From IMG/VR virus record IMGVR_UViG_3300043429_000131: a stretch of DNA of 64,000 bases; one strand, given 5' to 3'. Positions 45,766-54,030 of this stretch are shown one piece after another. Source of the DNA: a virus. Under the pieces are notes generated by a model. It was not told the DNA's origin. It did no database searches and saw nothing but the letters and a program-made list of their open reading frames with translations. Position numbers and translations under genes: made by a program. How positions within the stretch are numbered: the stretch's first letter is position 1; every line of letters starts with the position of its first letter.

Positions 45766-46436
45766 TTCCAGCATGGTCTTACAGCAGCATCAAAACCTTC
45801 GATCAATGCCCGAAGAAATATCATCATCTACGTATACTTAAGGACTTCAAAGATGAGGATTCGACTGCGACGATCTATGGTAAGGAGCTTCATAAAGCGG
45901 CGGAAGATTACATCAAGGAAGGCACTCCGATTCCGCCGAGGTTTGCTTTTCTCCAACCTGTTATGGACTCGCTTAGCAAAATTGAAGGCGAGAAGCACTG
46001 CGAAATAAAACTGGGTATAGCCAAGCGTGACGGTAAGTTTGCGCCGTGCGACTTCTTTGCAAAGGACGTGTGGTGGCGGGGTATTGCCGACCTTCTTATC
46101 ATTAACGAAGAGAAACAGACTGCTTATCTGGTGGACTACAAGACCAGCAAGAACGCTAAGTACGCCGATACCAAACAGCTAGACCTGTTGGCCGGTGCAG
46201 TGTTCACGCACTTTCCCAAAGTGGTAGAGATTAAATCCGCGCTGCTGTTTGTAGTTAGTAATGAGATCGTAAAGAAAAAGCACGAGTTTATGATGCAGAC
46301 TTCGTACCTAAACTCGATGGAGCCGGAGTTGGTTCGGTTGGAAGCCGCAATAAAGACAAACGTGTGGAACCCAGTACCTAGCCCACTGTGCAAGTTCTGC
46401 CCTGTAACAAGCTGTGCACACAATAGGAAAGGATAG
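45762..46436 (+). CDS. PD-(D/E)XK (Cas4-like) exonuclease
   Basis: WSYSSI..F.QCP, HKAAE, RGIADL..VDYKT, QLDL, C-terminal CKFC..SC (Fe-S-type). Confidence 0.88.
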   Translation: MIPAWSYSSIKTFDQCPKKYHHLRILKDFKDEDSTATIYGKELHKAAEDYIKEGTPIPPRFAFLQPVMDSLSKIEGEKHCEIKLGIAKRDGKFAPCDFFAKDVWWRGIADLLIINEEKQTAYLVDYKTSKNAKYADTKQLDLLAGAVFTHFPKVVEIKSALLFVVSNEIVKKKHEFMMQTSYLNSMEPELVRLEAAIKTNVWNPVPSPLCKFCPVTSCAHNRKG

Positions 46437-46438
46437 CT

Positions 46439-46648
46439 ATGACAGACGAAGAAAAGCAACAAACAGAAGCGTATATAAAGTTGCAAGATAACGTACAAAA
46501 ACTGGTAATTAGCGCGGTGTACGATGAGCTGGTTGCTAACCCTTACGGCATGCTGGCAAACCACATAAGAATGATCTTACAAAGCACGATAAACGACGAA
46601 ATGAAGCAGTACCGTATAACCCGTACAGGGCAGACGGCACAATACTAA
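46439..46648 (+). CDS. hypothetical protein
   Basis: AAGGA RBS, operonic. Confidence 0.55.
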   Translation: MTDEEKQQTEAYIKLQDNVQKLVISAVYDELVANPYGMLANHIRMILQSTINDEMKQYRITRTGQTAQY

Positions 46649-46655
46649 GGAGAAG

Positions 46656-47039
46656 TTGATGACTGAAGCTGAAGCACAAAAGTGCATCGACCTAGTACTT
46701 AAAGAGTACCCCGACTTAACTGCAAACGGGTTTAAGTACACAAGCAGGTATGACGGAGATTGGGGTAATGACCACGGGCCTGTCTCACCCGAAGGGTTTA
46801 TTACTGTAGTCGAATGGCTACTTAACTACGATGCGCTTGACCGTAGGAAAACCATCAATACCAGCAGAGGTAGTTACGGATGGAAGCACGTAGTGGAGCG
46901 GGACACTAAGCAGTACGTAAGCAACGGGGACTTTATTTGTGGCGCTTTATATCTCAAATACAATATGAAACGTATGCCCCGTTCCCCCAATGCGTATTTC
47001 AATTTAAGGAAGGAAACATCTCATGCCGTACGTAAATAA
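46656..47039 (+). CDS. hypothetical phage protein
   Basis: SYGWKH.VE....YVSNGDFI motif. Confidence 0.7.
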   Translation: MMTEAEAQKCIDLVLKEYPDLTANGFKYTSRYDGDWGNDHGPVSPEGFITVVEWLLNYDALDRRKTINTSRGSYGWKHVVERDTKQYVSNGDFICGALYLKYNMKRMPRSPNAYFNLRKETSHAVRK

Positions 47040-47316
47040 ACCACGCCCATACAAAAAAGAATACGAAGAGTATCAGGGCACACCAGAGCAGATTAAGAAA
47101 CGCGCCACGCGCAATGCAGCCCGTGCCAAGCTGATGAAGGAAGGCAAAGTCAGCAAGGGTGACGGTAAAGATGTTGCGCACACTAAAGCTTTATCTAAGG
47201 GCGGCACCAACGCAACAGGCCTCAAGGTAGAGAGTGCTGGCGCTAACCGGTCTTTCTTACGCGGTGCTGACCGTAGCCTGAAATCTGAAGTCAGTAAGCG
47301 GGAACGGAAGAAGTGA
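47023..47316 (+). CDS. degenerate HNH-like basic protein
   Basis: RPYKKEY...KKRA.RN.AR...KGDGKDVAH...S.GG.N...NRSF. Confidence 0.6.
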   Translation: MPYVNKPRPYKKEYEEYQGTPEQIKKRATRNAARAKLMKEGKVSKGDGKDVAHTKALSKGGTNATGLKVESAGANRSFLRGADRSLKSEVSKRERKK

Positions 47317-47528
47317 CGATTGATGGGCCCCCCTATGACGACATGACGGTGGAAGAAGCCAAGATGATCTGGCTAACAATGTTAGGTTCTGATTGGGTAG
47401 ACGAAGACATACTGCTAAACGAGCCGTACGGCTCTATGCTTGACGTTGCGGGCATGGTTTTAGAGCAGGAAGGTTTATTGGAATACGACTCTTACAAATA
47501 CAAAATAAAACTCAGATGCAAATCGTAG
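47313..47528 (+). CDS. hypothetical acidic protein
   Basis: GTG start coupled; carries palindrome at 47373 (LTMLG). Confidence 0.55.
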   Translation: MTIDGPPYDDMTVEEAKMIWLTMLGSDWVDEDILLNEPYGSMLDVAGMVLEQEGLLEYDSYKYKIKLRCKS

Positions 47529-49075
47529 ATAACAAAGTCATCGTCATACGTACGAGACGCCCGCACTTGATAACGGAGACGATCAAAAAGAGCAAGGTCA
47601 TCGGTAGACTGCCGGATGATCTGCATGATGTCGCCGTGCATTACGGGTTACCTGAAACCCAAGCACTAGCTAAGCTGAACATAAAGAATGTGCCGTCACC
47701 CATAATCCGAGACTACGACTGGCCGGGCCAGTTCAAACCATTCGAGCACCAAAAGCAAACCGCAGCGTTCCTCACCCTGCGCAAACGTGCGTTCTGTTTT
47801 AACGAACAGGGTACAGGCAAGACGGCTGCTGTTATCTGGGCGGCGGACTATCTGATGAAGCTGGGTCTGGTGCGCCGTGTGCTTATCATTTGCCCGTTGT
47901 CTATTATGAAATCGGCATGGCAGAACGACCTGTTCCGGTTTGCTGTGCACCGTAGCTGCGACATTGCGTATGGCAAGCGCGACCAGCGTAAGTCAGTAAT
48001 CAACGGCGAGGCAGAGTTTGTCATTATTAATTTTGACGGGCTGGATATTGTTAAGGACGAAGTTATGAACGGCGGGTTTGACCTGATCGTCGTAGACGAA
48101 GCCTCGGCATATAAGAACATGCAGACTGCACGCTGGAAAACATTGAAGTCAGTGCTCACTCCGGATACTTGGCTGTGGATGCTGACCGGCACTCCGGCGG
48201 CACAATCCCCTGTGGACGCTTACGGCATAGCAAAGCTGGTCAATCCCGATGGGGTGCCCAAGTTCTTTGGTCAGTTCCGCGACAAGGTGATGGAAAAGGT
48301 AGGCCAGTTCCGTTGGATACCAAGGCCCAACGCGGAAGTCACCGTGCATAACGCATTACAACCGGCAATAAGGTTTGAAAAAGCGCAATGTCTGGACCTG
48401 CCGGAGGTAACCTATACAGAACGGGATGCCCCGCTGAGCCCTCAGCAGAGGTTGTACTACAAGATTCTGAAGGAGCAAATGCTGATCAACGCCGGGGGTG
48501 AGGAAGTTACGTCTGTCAACGCAGCGGTAAACCTGAACAAGCTTCTGCAAATCTCGGGCGGTGCGGTCTACTCTGACACTAAGGAGATCATTGAGTTTGA
48601 TGTGTCCAACCGGCTGAAGGTAGTGCAAGAAGTTATCGAGGAATCAAGCAACAAGGTGCTGGTGTTTGTGCCGTTCACACATACTATTGAGCTACTGATG
48701 AGCCACCTTACAGCTGTTGGTATTACGTGCGACATCATAAGCGGGCAGGTTACGGTCAACAAACGCAACGATGTAATACAAAGGTTTCAAAATAGTAAAG
48801 AGCCAAGAGTGTTAATTATTCAACCACAGGCAGCGTCCCATGGGTTGACATTGACGGCAGCAGATACGATTATTTGGTACGCGCCCGTAACGAGTGTAGA
48901 AACTTACCTACAGGCAAATGCACGGATCAATCGCCCCGGACAGAAGAACGCGATGACTATTGTGCATATCAAAGGCAGCGAGGTGGAGGCAAGGCTTTAT
49001 CGCATGCTGCGCAACAACATAGCTAACCACACAAAAATAATCGATTTATACAAACAAGAGCTTAAAGACGCTTGA
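47516..49075 (+). CDS. SNF2-family (SF2) helicase
   Basis: NEQGTGKT, VVDEAS, LTGTP, KLLQI, HGLTLT, QA.ARI.RPGQ. Confidence 0.93.
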   Translation: MQIVDNKVIVIRTRRPHLITETIKKSKVIGRLPDDLHDVAVHYGLPETQALAKLNIKNVPSPIIRDYDWPGQFKPFEHQKQTAAFLTLRKRAFCFNEQGTGKTAAVIWAADYLMKLGLVRRVLIICPLSIMKSAWQNDLFRFAVHRSCDIAYGKRDQRKSVINGEAEFVIINFDGLDIVKDEVMNGGFDLIVVDEASAYKNMQTARWKTLKSVLTPDTWLWMLTGTPAAQSPVDAYGIAKLVNPDGVPKFFGQFRDKVMEKVGQFRWIPRPNAEVTVHNALQPAIRFEKAQCLDLPEVTYTERDAPLSPQQRLYYKILKEQMLINAGGEEVTSVNAAVNLNKLLQISGGAVYSDTKEIIEFDVSNRLKVVQEVIEESSNKVLVFVPFTHTIELLMSHLTAVGITCDIISGQVTVNKRNDVIQRFQNSKEPRVLIIQPQAASHGLTLTAADTIIWYAPVTSVETYLQANARINRPGQKNAMTIVHIKGSEVEARLYRMLRNNIANHTKIIDLYKQELKDA

Positions 49076-49099
49076 CAATGTCAAAAGTTAGTGTATAGT
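49072..49099 (+). promoter_or_regulatory. promoter of SSB/replication operon; -35 embedded in palindrome TTGACAATGTCAA
   Basis: TTGACA-16bp-TATAGT with TG extension. Confidence 0.65.
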
Positions 49100-49279
49100 T
49101 CAGGTATCAGCGCGCGAGTGCTGGTGGTAGTGGCAGGTTGAATGTTGAAGTGACGACACCCAAGCTGCGTGTGGGGCTAATAACTGCAGCGGCGGGGGCT
49201 GAGCTAAAACCGTAGGATTTTTTCGTTTGCCTATAGGTCTTCCACTCAGTGACCCCGCAATTTTATTGAAGGAGCTACG

Positions 49280-49681
49280 ATGGATATATCGGATTACCCC
49301 GCAGATAAGTTGGCGGAGGTGTATATAAAAATACGAGATAAGCGGGACGAGCTGCAGCGTCAGTTTGACGCGGAATACAAAAGGCTTGAAGAACAACTAT
49401 CGCTCGTGGCAAGCGAAATGTTGGAGTTGTGCAAAGAGAACGGCGCTGATAGCATCAAGACCCCCGCCGGTACCATAATGCGCAGAGTAGATACAAGGTT
49501 TTGGACAAGTGATTGGGATTCGTTCTACGACTTTGTGCAGGAGCATAATGCGTTTGGTCTGTTTGAAAAACGTATTAGTCAAGGTAACATGAAGCAGTTC
49601 CTCGAAGAAAACCCGGATGTACTGCCGAAAGGTCTTATGTCCGATAGTAAGTATAAAATTACCGTAAGGAGAAGCAAATGA
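49280..49681 (+). CDS. conserved coiled-coil replication-module protein
   Basis: LAEVYIKIRD...SIKTPAGT...F...DWDSFYDFV.EH....LFEKRISQ.NM. Confidence 0.75.
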   Translation: MDISDYPADKLAEVYIKIRDKRDELQRQFDAEYKRLEEQLSLVASEMLELCKENGADSIKTPAGTIMRRVDTRFWTSDWDSFYDFVQEHNAFGLFEKRISQGNMKQFLEENPDVLPKGLMSDSKYKITVRRSK

Positions 49682-50598
49682 GCAATGAAGTTTCCATTTT
49701 TAAGTCTGGTGATGTAGCACTCTCAGCAAAGAAAACCCCATCGGCACTGACCCAGTCGCTGATGAAAAAGAAAGCCCTGAAGCGTATCGTTGCTAAGAAC
49801 GGTATTCTGCGCCGACTGGCTAACGGTGAGGAAGTAGGTAAGTTGAAAGCACCTTTGCGTGTGGTCATCGTCAACGCATCTACGGACATCTCCCGCACTT
49901 TCTACGCTAAGACCTATGACCCAAACGCAGAAGCTGCGCCGCCTGACTGCTGGTCACCAGATGGCCGCAAGCCGGATGCAAGTGTGAAGCAGCCACAAGG
50001 TAAAACCTGCGAGACCTGCCCTAAGAATATTGCGGGTTCAGGTCAGGGCAATACCAAGGCATGTCGTTACGGTCGTCGCATCGCTGTAGTCCTGCCAGAT
50101 GATCTGGATACTAACGTGGCTGGTGATGTATATCAGATGCAGTTGTCGGCTAAGTCTATCTTCGGTAAGGGTAGCGGCCATACTTTCCCGTTCAACGCGT
50201 ACATCGACTACATCTTTGCCAACGGCAGTGACCTTGAGTCTGTGGTTACAGAGATTAGCTTTAACGAAGACAACGACAACCAGACGGTGCTGTTTAAGGC
50301 TGTGGACTTCGTTGCTAAAGACCCGCAGCTGGAAGCTATTGTTGCCGAGGCAGCAGTGTCGGAGACTGCACAAAAAGCTGTCGTTATGTCTGTGTATCAA
50401 ACTGATACGGAAGGTAAGACAAGTAATGAGGAGTTTGAGCAATCGCCTGTACCAAAAGCCGAGAAAGCCAAGGCAGAAGCAGTCGAAGCGGAAGAGGTGG
50501 CAGAACCTACGAAGCGTGCTTCTAAACCAAAGGCCGAGGTTTCGGATACGCCTAAGAAATCTCTTGCGGATGTGGTCAGTGACTGGAGCGACGACTAA
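49678..50598 (+). CDS. probable single-stranded DNA-binding protein
   Basis: PDCWS.DG..PD...Q...C..CPKNI.GSG...KACR..RR.AV; acidic C-terminus ending DWSDD. Confidence 0.65.
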   Translation: MSNEVSIFKSGDVALSAKKTPSALTQSLMKKKALKRIVAKNGILRRLANGEEVGKLKAPLRVVIVNASTDISRTFYAKTYDPNAEAAPPDCWSPDGRKPDASVKQPQGKTCETCPKNIAGSGQGNTKACRYGRRIAVVLPDDLDTNVAGDVYQMQLSAKSIFGKGSGHTFPFNAYIDYIFANGSDLESVVTEISFNEDNDNQTVLFKAVDFVAKDPQLEAIVAEAAVSETAQKAVVMSVYQTDTEGKTSNEEFEQSPVPKAEKAKAEAVEAEEVAEPTKRASKPKAEVSDTPKKSLADVVSDWSDD

Positions 50599-50828
50599 TG
50601 AGCTACGGATATAGCCAACGACTTGTTGACCTGAACAAACGGGCTGACAAGAAGCTGCTTGGCGTTATCTTGGGCAAGGCATGTATCGAAGCTGAGTCTC
50701 CGGTACGTGCTGTTGCTGACCAACTGGGGGTGAGCCGTGCTACGGTTTACAACTGGTTCACTGGTCTTTGCGACCCGCATCCAAAACACCACGCAGCAAT
50801 CAACAAACTGCTTAAGCGTTTGAAGTAA
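50598..50828 (+). CDS. small HTH protein
   Basis: VRAVADQLGVSRATVYNWF.G. Confidence 0.8.
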   Translation: MSYGYSQRLVDLNKRADKKLLGVILGKACIEAESPVRAVADQLGVSRATVYNWFTGLCDPHPKHHAAINKLLKRLK

Positions 50829-50852
50829 AGAGTAGGGCACCTAGTGCTTTTT

Positions 50853-50876
50853 GGGGGGAGCGATCCCCCCTTTTTT
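50853..50876 (+). terminator. rho-independent terminator upstream of primase gene
   Basis: GGGGGGA-GCGA-TCCCCCC-TTTTTT. Confidence 0.8.
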
Positions 50877-50895
50877 ACCCTTATACAATAATTAA

Positions 50896-53781
50896 ATGGC
50901 TAACTTCGACTTAATGAATGCTGTGCTGCCCGATGAGGGTTGGTATTGCATTTTGGGGATTAAGGACGACGTAGCGTGGCAGGAGCTTGTACAGACTAGA
51001 GAAGAGGCAGATGATTTTATCAAGCAGTATCTGGATGGTGGGCGCGATGTTTACTTTGGTTGCGCTAAGTTTGAAACCAACGCGAACCGTAAGCAGGATA
51101 ACGCTGCATACTTCCGTGCCCTCTGGATGGATATTGACTGCGGTGAAGATAAAGCAAAGCCAAACCCTAAAAAGAACAACCGGATTGAAGGCTACGTAGA
51201 TCAAGCCACCGGGCTACAAGCACTGAGAGAGTTCTGTTCCACGATAGGACTGCCCAAACCTACAGTCGTTAACTCAGGACGTGGCTGGCATCTGTACTGG
51301 CTGCTTACTGAAACCATAGACAAAGCACGCTGGCAACCATTAGCTAAGCGGCTATCCAAGCTTTGCAATATCCACGGGCTGATTGTGGACCCTTCCGTCT
51401 TCGAGGCGGCTCGGGTGCTGCGCGTACCGGGGACACTGAACTTTAAGGATAACCCACCTAAACCGGTTGAGGTGCTATCCGTTGCACCCGCCATAGAATA
51501 CGAAAAGCTCAAGGAAATTCTGGGTGTAAGTATTGAGGACGAGCAGTACATACCTAAGCGGAGAGGCCCCCCGTCAGCCCTGACCATGGCGCTGATGAAG
51601 AACCGTACGGCGTCGTTTAAGAAGATTATGCTGTTAGGTAACGATGGCTGCGCACAACTAACACACTGCTACCAGAACCAAGAGTCCATAGACTACAACT
51701 TGTGGCGCTCGGCCTTGTCGATTGCGGCGTTCTGTGAGGACTCGTACTCGGCAGTGCATAAAATGTCTATGAACCACCCGCACTATGATCCGGCGGAAGT
51801 GGATGAGAAAGCGCACAACCTACAGTCCACCGGAGCCCCACACCACTGCGAGACGTTTGAGCGGTGGAATCCGGGCGGCTGCAACGGCTGCAAACATAAA
51901 GGCTCATTTAAATCTCCTATTGCTTTGGGCCGGACTATAGCTATTTCCGAAGCAACAGAGGAAGGCTATTTGGTCGAGGCGGACGAAGAGGAAGCCGAAG
52001 ATGAAGGCAGCGTAGCGGTTGCGCCTACTTATATTCCGACATACCCGTTCCCATATATGCGCGGTGCAAACGGCGGGGTTTACCGGGAGGCGATGAAGGA
52101 TGAGGAAGAACCCAAGCTAATTTACGAGCACGACATTTATGTAGTGCAGCGCATGATCGATCCGGAGGTTGGGGAAATTATGCGGATACGGCTGCATCTA
52201 CCCAAGGACGGTGTTAAGGATTTTGTAGTGGCAGCAAGTGCCCTGACGGGTAAGGATGAGCCAAAGAAACTATTGGGTGCTCAGGGCGTACTCGCTCGGG
52301 GTGTGCAGATGGATGAGGTAATTAACTTTTTGCTTAGGTGTGCAAAGGAAATACAGGTAACCACAAAGGCAGACATTATGAGAACACAATTTGGTTGGGC
52401 TGACGGAGACAGCAAATTTATTTTGGGTGACAGGGAGATCACGGCTGACAGCATTTACTACAGCCCCCCTTCGACAGCAACGAAGCATCTGGCACCGTAC
52501 GTCATAGAGTCAGGCACCCTAGAAAAATGGAAAGAAGTATTCAACCTGTACACCCGCCCCGGTCTGGAGCCGAACGCGTTTGCTGCGCTGTCAGCCTTTG
52601 GTGCGCCACTCCTTAAGTTCACCGGACAAAAAGGCGCGATCATTAACTTGGTCTTCCGTGGTTCTGGCTCTGGTAAGTCAACAACCCTCGCTGCATGCAA
52701 TAGCGTATGGGGGCATCCAGACCACCTGATGTGTATTCCGAAGGATACGATTAATGCCAAGATGCTAAAGCTTGGGGTGATGAATAACTTGCCGTTCACG
52801 ATGGACGAGATCACCAACATGATCGCTGAGGAGTTCTCTGATATGTCCTACGGTATGTCTCAGGGCCGCTGGAAAGACCGGTCCAAGGCATCCACCAACG
52901 AACTCCGACTTAACACGACATTCTGGCAGACCATATCTTTGTGCTCAGCCAACGCACACTTTGCGCAAAAGCTGGCGGCACTGAAGGCTACGCCGGACGG
53001 CGAGATGATGCGCTTGATGGAGTACCAGATTGGCTACTCAGATGCTATTAGCGTGGCAGAAGGTAAGCAGTACTTTGACCACCAGTTGCGGGAGAACTAC
53101 GGCGTGGCTGGCGGGATTTACGCACAGTGGCTTGTGGGCAATAAGGAAGAAGCAGTCCAGACCATGCGGGCCATACAAGCCAAGATTGACAAAGAGTTAA
53201 AACTCACCCAGCGAGAGCGGTTCTGGTCTGCTGTTGTTGCATGTAACATCACCGGTGGTTTGATCGCACGTAATCTGGGTCTGATCGACTACGACATGAA
53301 GGCTATTTACAAGTGGGCAACAGACCTGATTAAAGAACTGCGCAAGGAAGGCAGCGCCCCAATGGATGACGGTTCGACCGTACTGGGTGACTTCCTCAAC
53401 CGCCACGTGGACCAGTGCTTAGTTGTCAACGGAGAAGCTGATGCTCGCACTAACCTGAGCCCTGCACCTTTGCGGGAACCCCGAGGTGCGTTGGTTGCGC
53501 GGTATGAGCCCGATACCAAAAAGTTATTTATTCAGTCCAGTGCATTTAAGGATGACTGCGTCAAACGGCAGATTGGCTATAGCGACGTGCTACGGGAGCT
53601 GAAGATTAAAGGGGTGTTCAAGGGGCGGGTCACGCGCCGTCTTGGTACCGGGATGAAGATGGTGACGGCACCTGTGTATGTATTGGAGTTTGACTGCACC
53701 AACCCTGAGTACCTGAACGTCGAAGACTTTGTCCCAGTGGAGAAACCTGATGCGGGTGGAGAAAGTCAGCTACCAGATTAA
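50896..53781 (+). CDS. AEP/RepB-type primase fused to DUF927 superfamily-3-like helicase
   Basis: LWMDIDC, NSGRGWHLYW, ARVLRVPGT.N; Cys cluster C.TF...C.GC; Walker A GSGSGKST, MDEITN. Confidence 0.88.
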   Translation: MANFDLMNAVLPDEGWYCILGIKDDVAWQELVQTREEADDFIKQYLDGGRDVYFGCAKFETNANRKQDNAAYFRALWMDIDCGEDKAKPNPKKNNRIEGYVDQATGLQALREFCSTIGLPKPTVVNSGRGWHLYWLLTETIDKARWQPLAKRLSKLCNIHGLIVDPSVFEAARVLRVPGTLNFKDNPPKPVEVLSVAPAIEYEKLKEILGVSIEDEQYIPKRRGPPSALTMALMKNRTASFKKIMLLGNDGCAQLTHCYQNQESIDYNLWRSALSIAAFCEDSYSAVHKMSMNHPHYDPAEVDEKAHNLQSTGAPHHCETFERWNPGGCNGCKHKGSFKSPIALGRTIAISEATEEGYLVEADEEEAEDEGSVAVAPTYIPTYPFPYMRGANGGVYREAMKDEEEPKLIYEHDIYVVQRMIDPEVGEIMRIRLHLPKDGVKDFVVAASALTGKDEPKKLLGAQGVLARGVQMDEVINFLLRCAKEIQVTTKADIMRTQFGWADGDSKFILGDREITADSIYYSPPSTATKHLAPYVIESGTLEKWKEVFNLYTRPGLEPNAFAALSAFGAPLLKFTGQKGAIINLVFRGSGSGKSTTLAACNSVWGHPDHLMCIPKDTINAKMLKLGVMNNLPFTMDEITNMIAEEFSDMSYGMSQGRWKDRSKASTNELRLNTTFWQTISLCSANAHFAQKLAALKATPDGEMMRLMEYQIGYSDAISVAEGKQYFDHQLRENYGVAGGIYAQWLVGNKEEAVQTMRAIQAKIDKELKLTQRERFWSAVVACNITGGLIARNLGLIDYDMKAIYKWATDLIKELRKEGSAPMDDGSTVLGDFLNRHVDQCLVVNGEADARTNLSPAPLREPRGALVARYEPDTKKLFIQSSAFKDDCVKRQIGYSDVLRELKIKGVFKGRVTRRLGTGMKMVTAPVYVLEFDCTNPEYLNVEDFVPVEKPDAGGESQLPD

Positions 53782-53944
53782 TTGGCAAGCGTTTAAGCCG
53801 GGGGCTTCGTTTTTCATCCCGTGTCTGGACCCGGCTAAAGCAATCCAAGACATTACACGTGTTACGAAAAGACTCAGGTTTAAAACCGTAACACGCGTTG
53901 TTATACAGGAGGGCGTACAGGGGGTGCGAGTGTGGAGGGTCTAG
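53750..53944 (+). CDS. small hypothetical protein
   Basis: INWQAFKPGASFFIPC...GVQGVRVWRV; GGAG RBS. Confidence 0.65.
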   Translation: MRVEKVSYQINWQAFKPGASFFIPCLDPAKAIQDITRVTKRLRFKTVTRVVIQEGVQGVRVWRV

Positions 53945-53958
53945 GTTATACTGCGCCG

Positions 53959-54029
53959 GACGGCACCCTCCGAAGTTAGCTCCTTCTGCCGTCGCTCTCC
54001 TTTTCGCCCCCGCTTAGCCGGGGGCTTTT
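53959..54029 (+). ncRNA. candidate small RNA with anti-Shine-Dalgarno segments
   Basis: -10 TATACT at 53947; hairpin GACGGCA/TGCCGTC enclosing GAAGTTAGCTCCTTC; CTCTCCTT linker; terminator hairpin. Confidence 0.5.
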
Positions 54030-54030
54030 T
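54006..54030 (+). terminator. terminator between convergent arms
   Basis: GCCCCCG-CTTAGC-CGGGGGC-TTTTT. Confidence 0.85.

Larger units (their letters stand above)
27148..47385. repeat. dispersed 13-bp palindrome CTAACAWTGTTAG (operator-like)
   Basis: perfect copies start at 27148, 27863, 28828, 29015, 29507, 31668, 32424, 33021, 34191, 35434, 35850, 43064, 47373; variants at 28428, 30324, 31120, 37948 (1 mismatch) and 36868, 40091, 42338 (2 mismatches). Confidence 0.95.

Noticed and set aside
45762-46436. Cas4-like nuclease as part of a CRISPR system
   Set aside because: It sits between polA and the helicase, the usual position of phage PD-(D/E)XK exonucleases; no cas1/cas2 or array is present
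27148-47385. Palindrome being host matS itself
   Set aside because: Its arms (CTAAC/GTTAG) differ from matS (GTGAC/GTCAC) at 4 of 13 positions; kept only as an analogy
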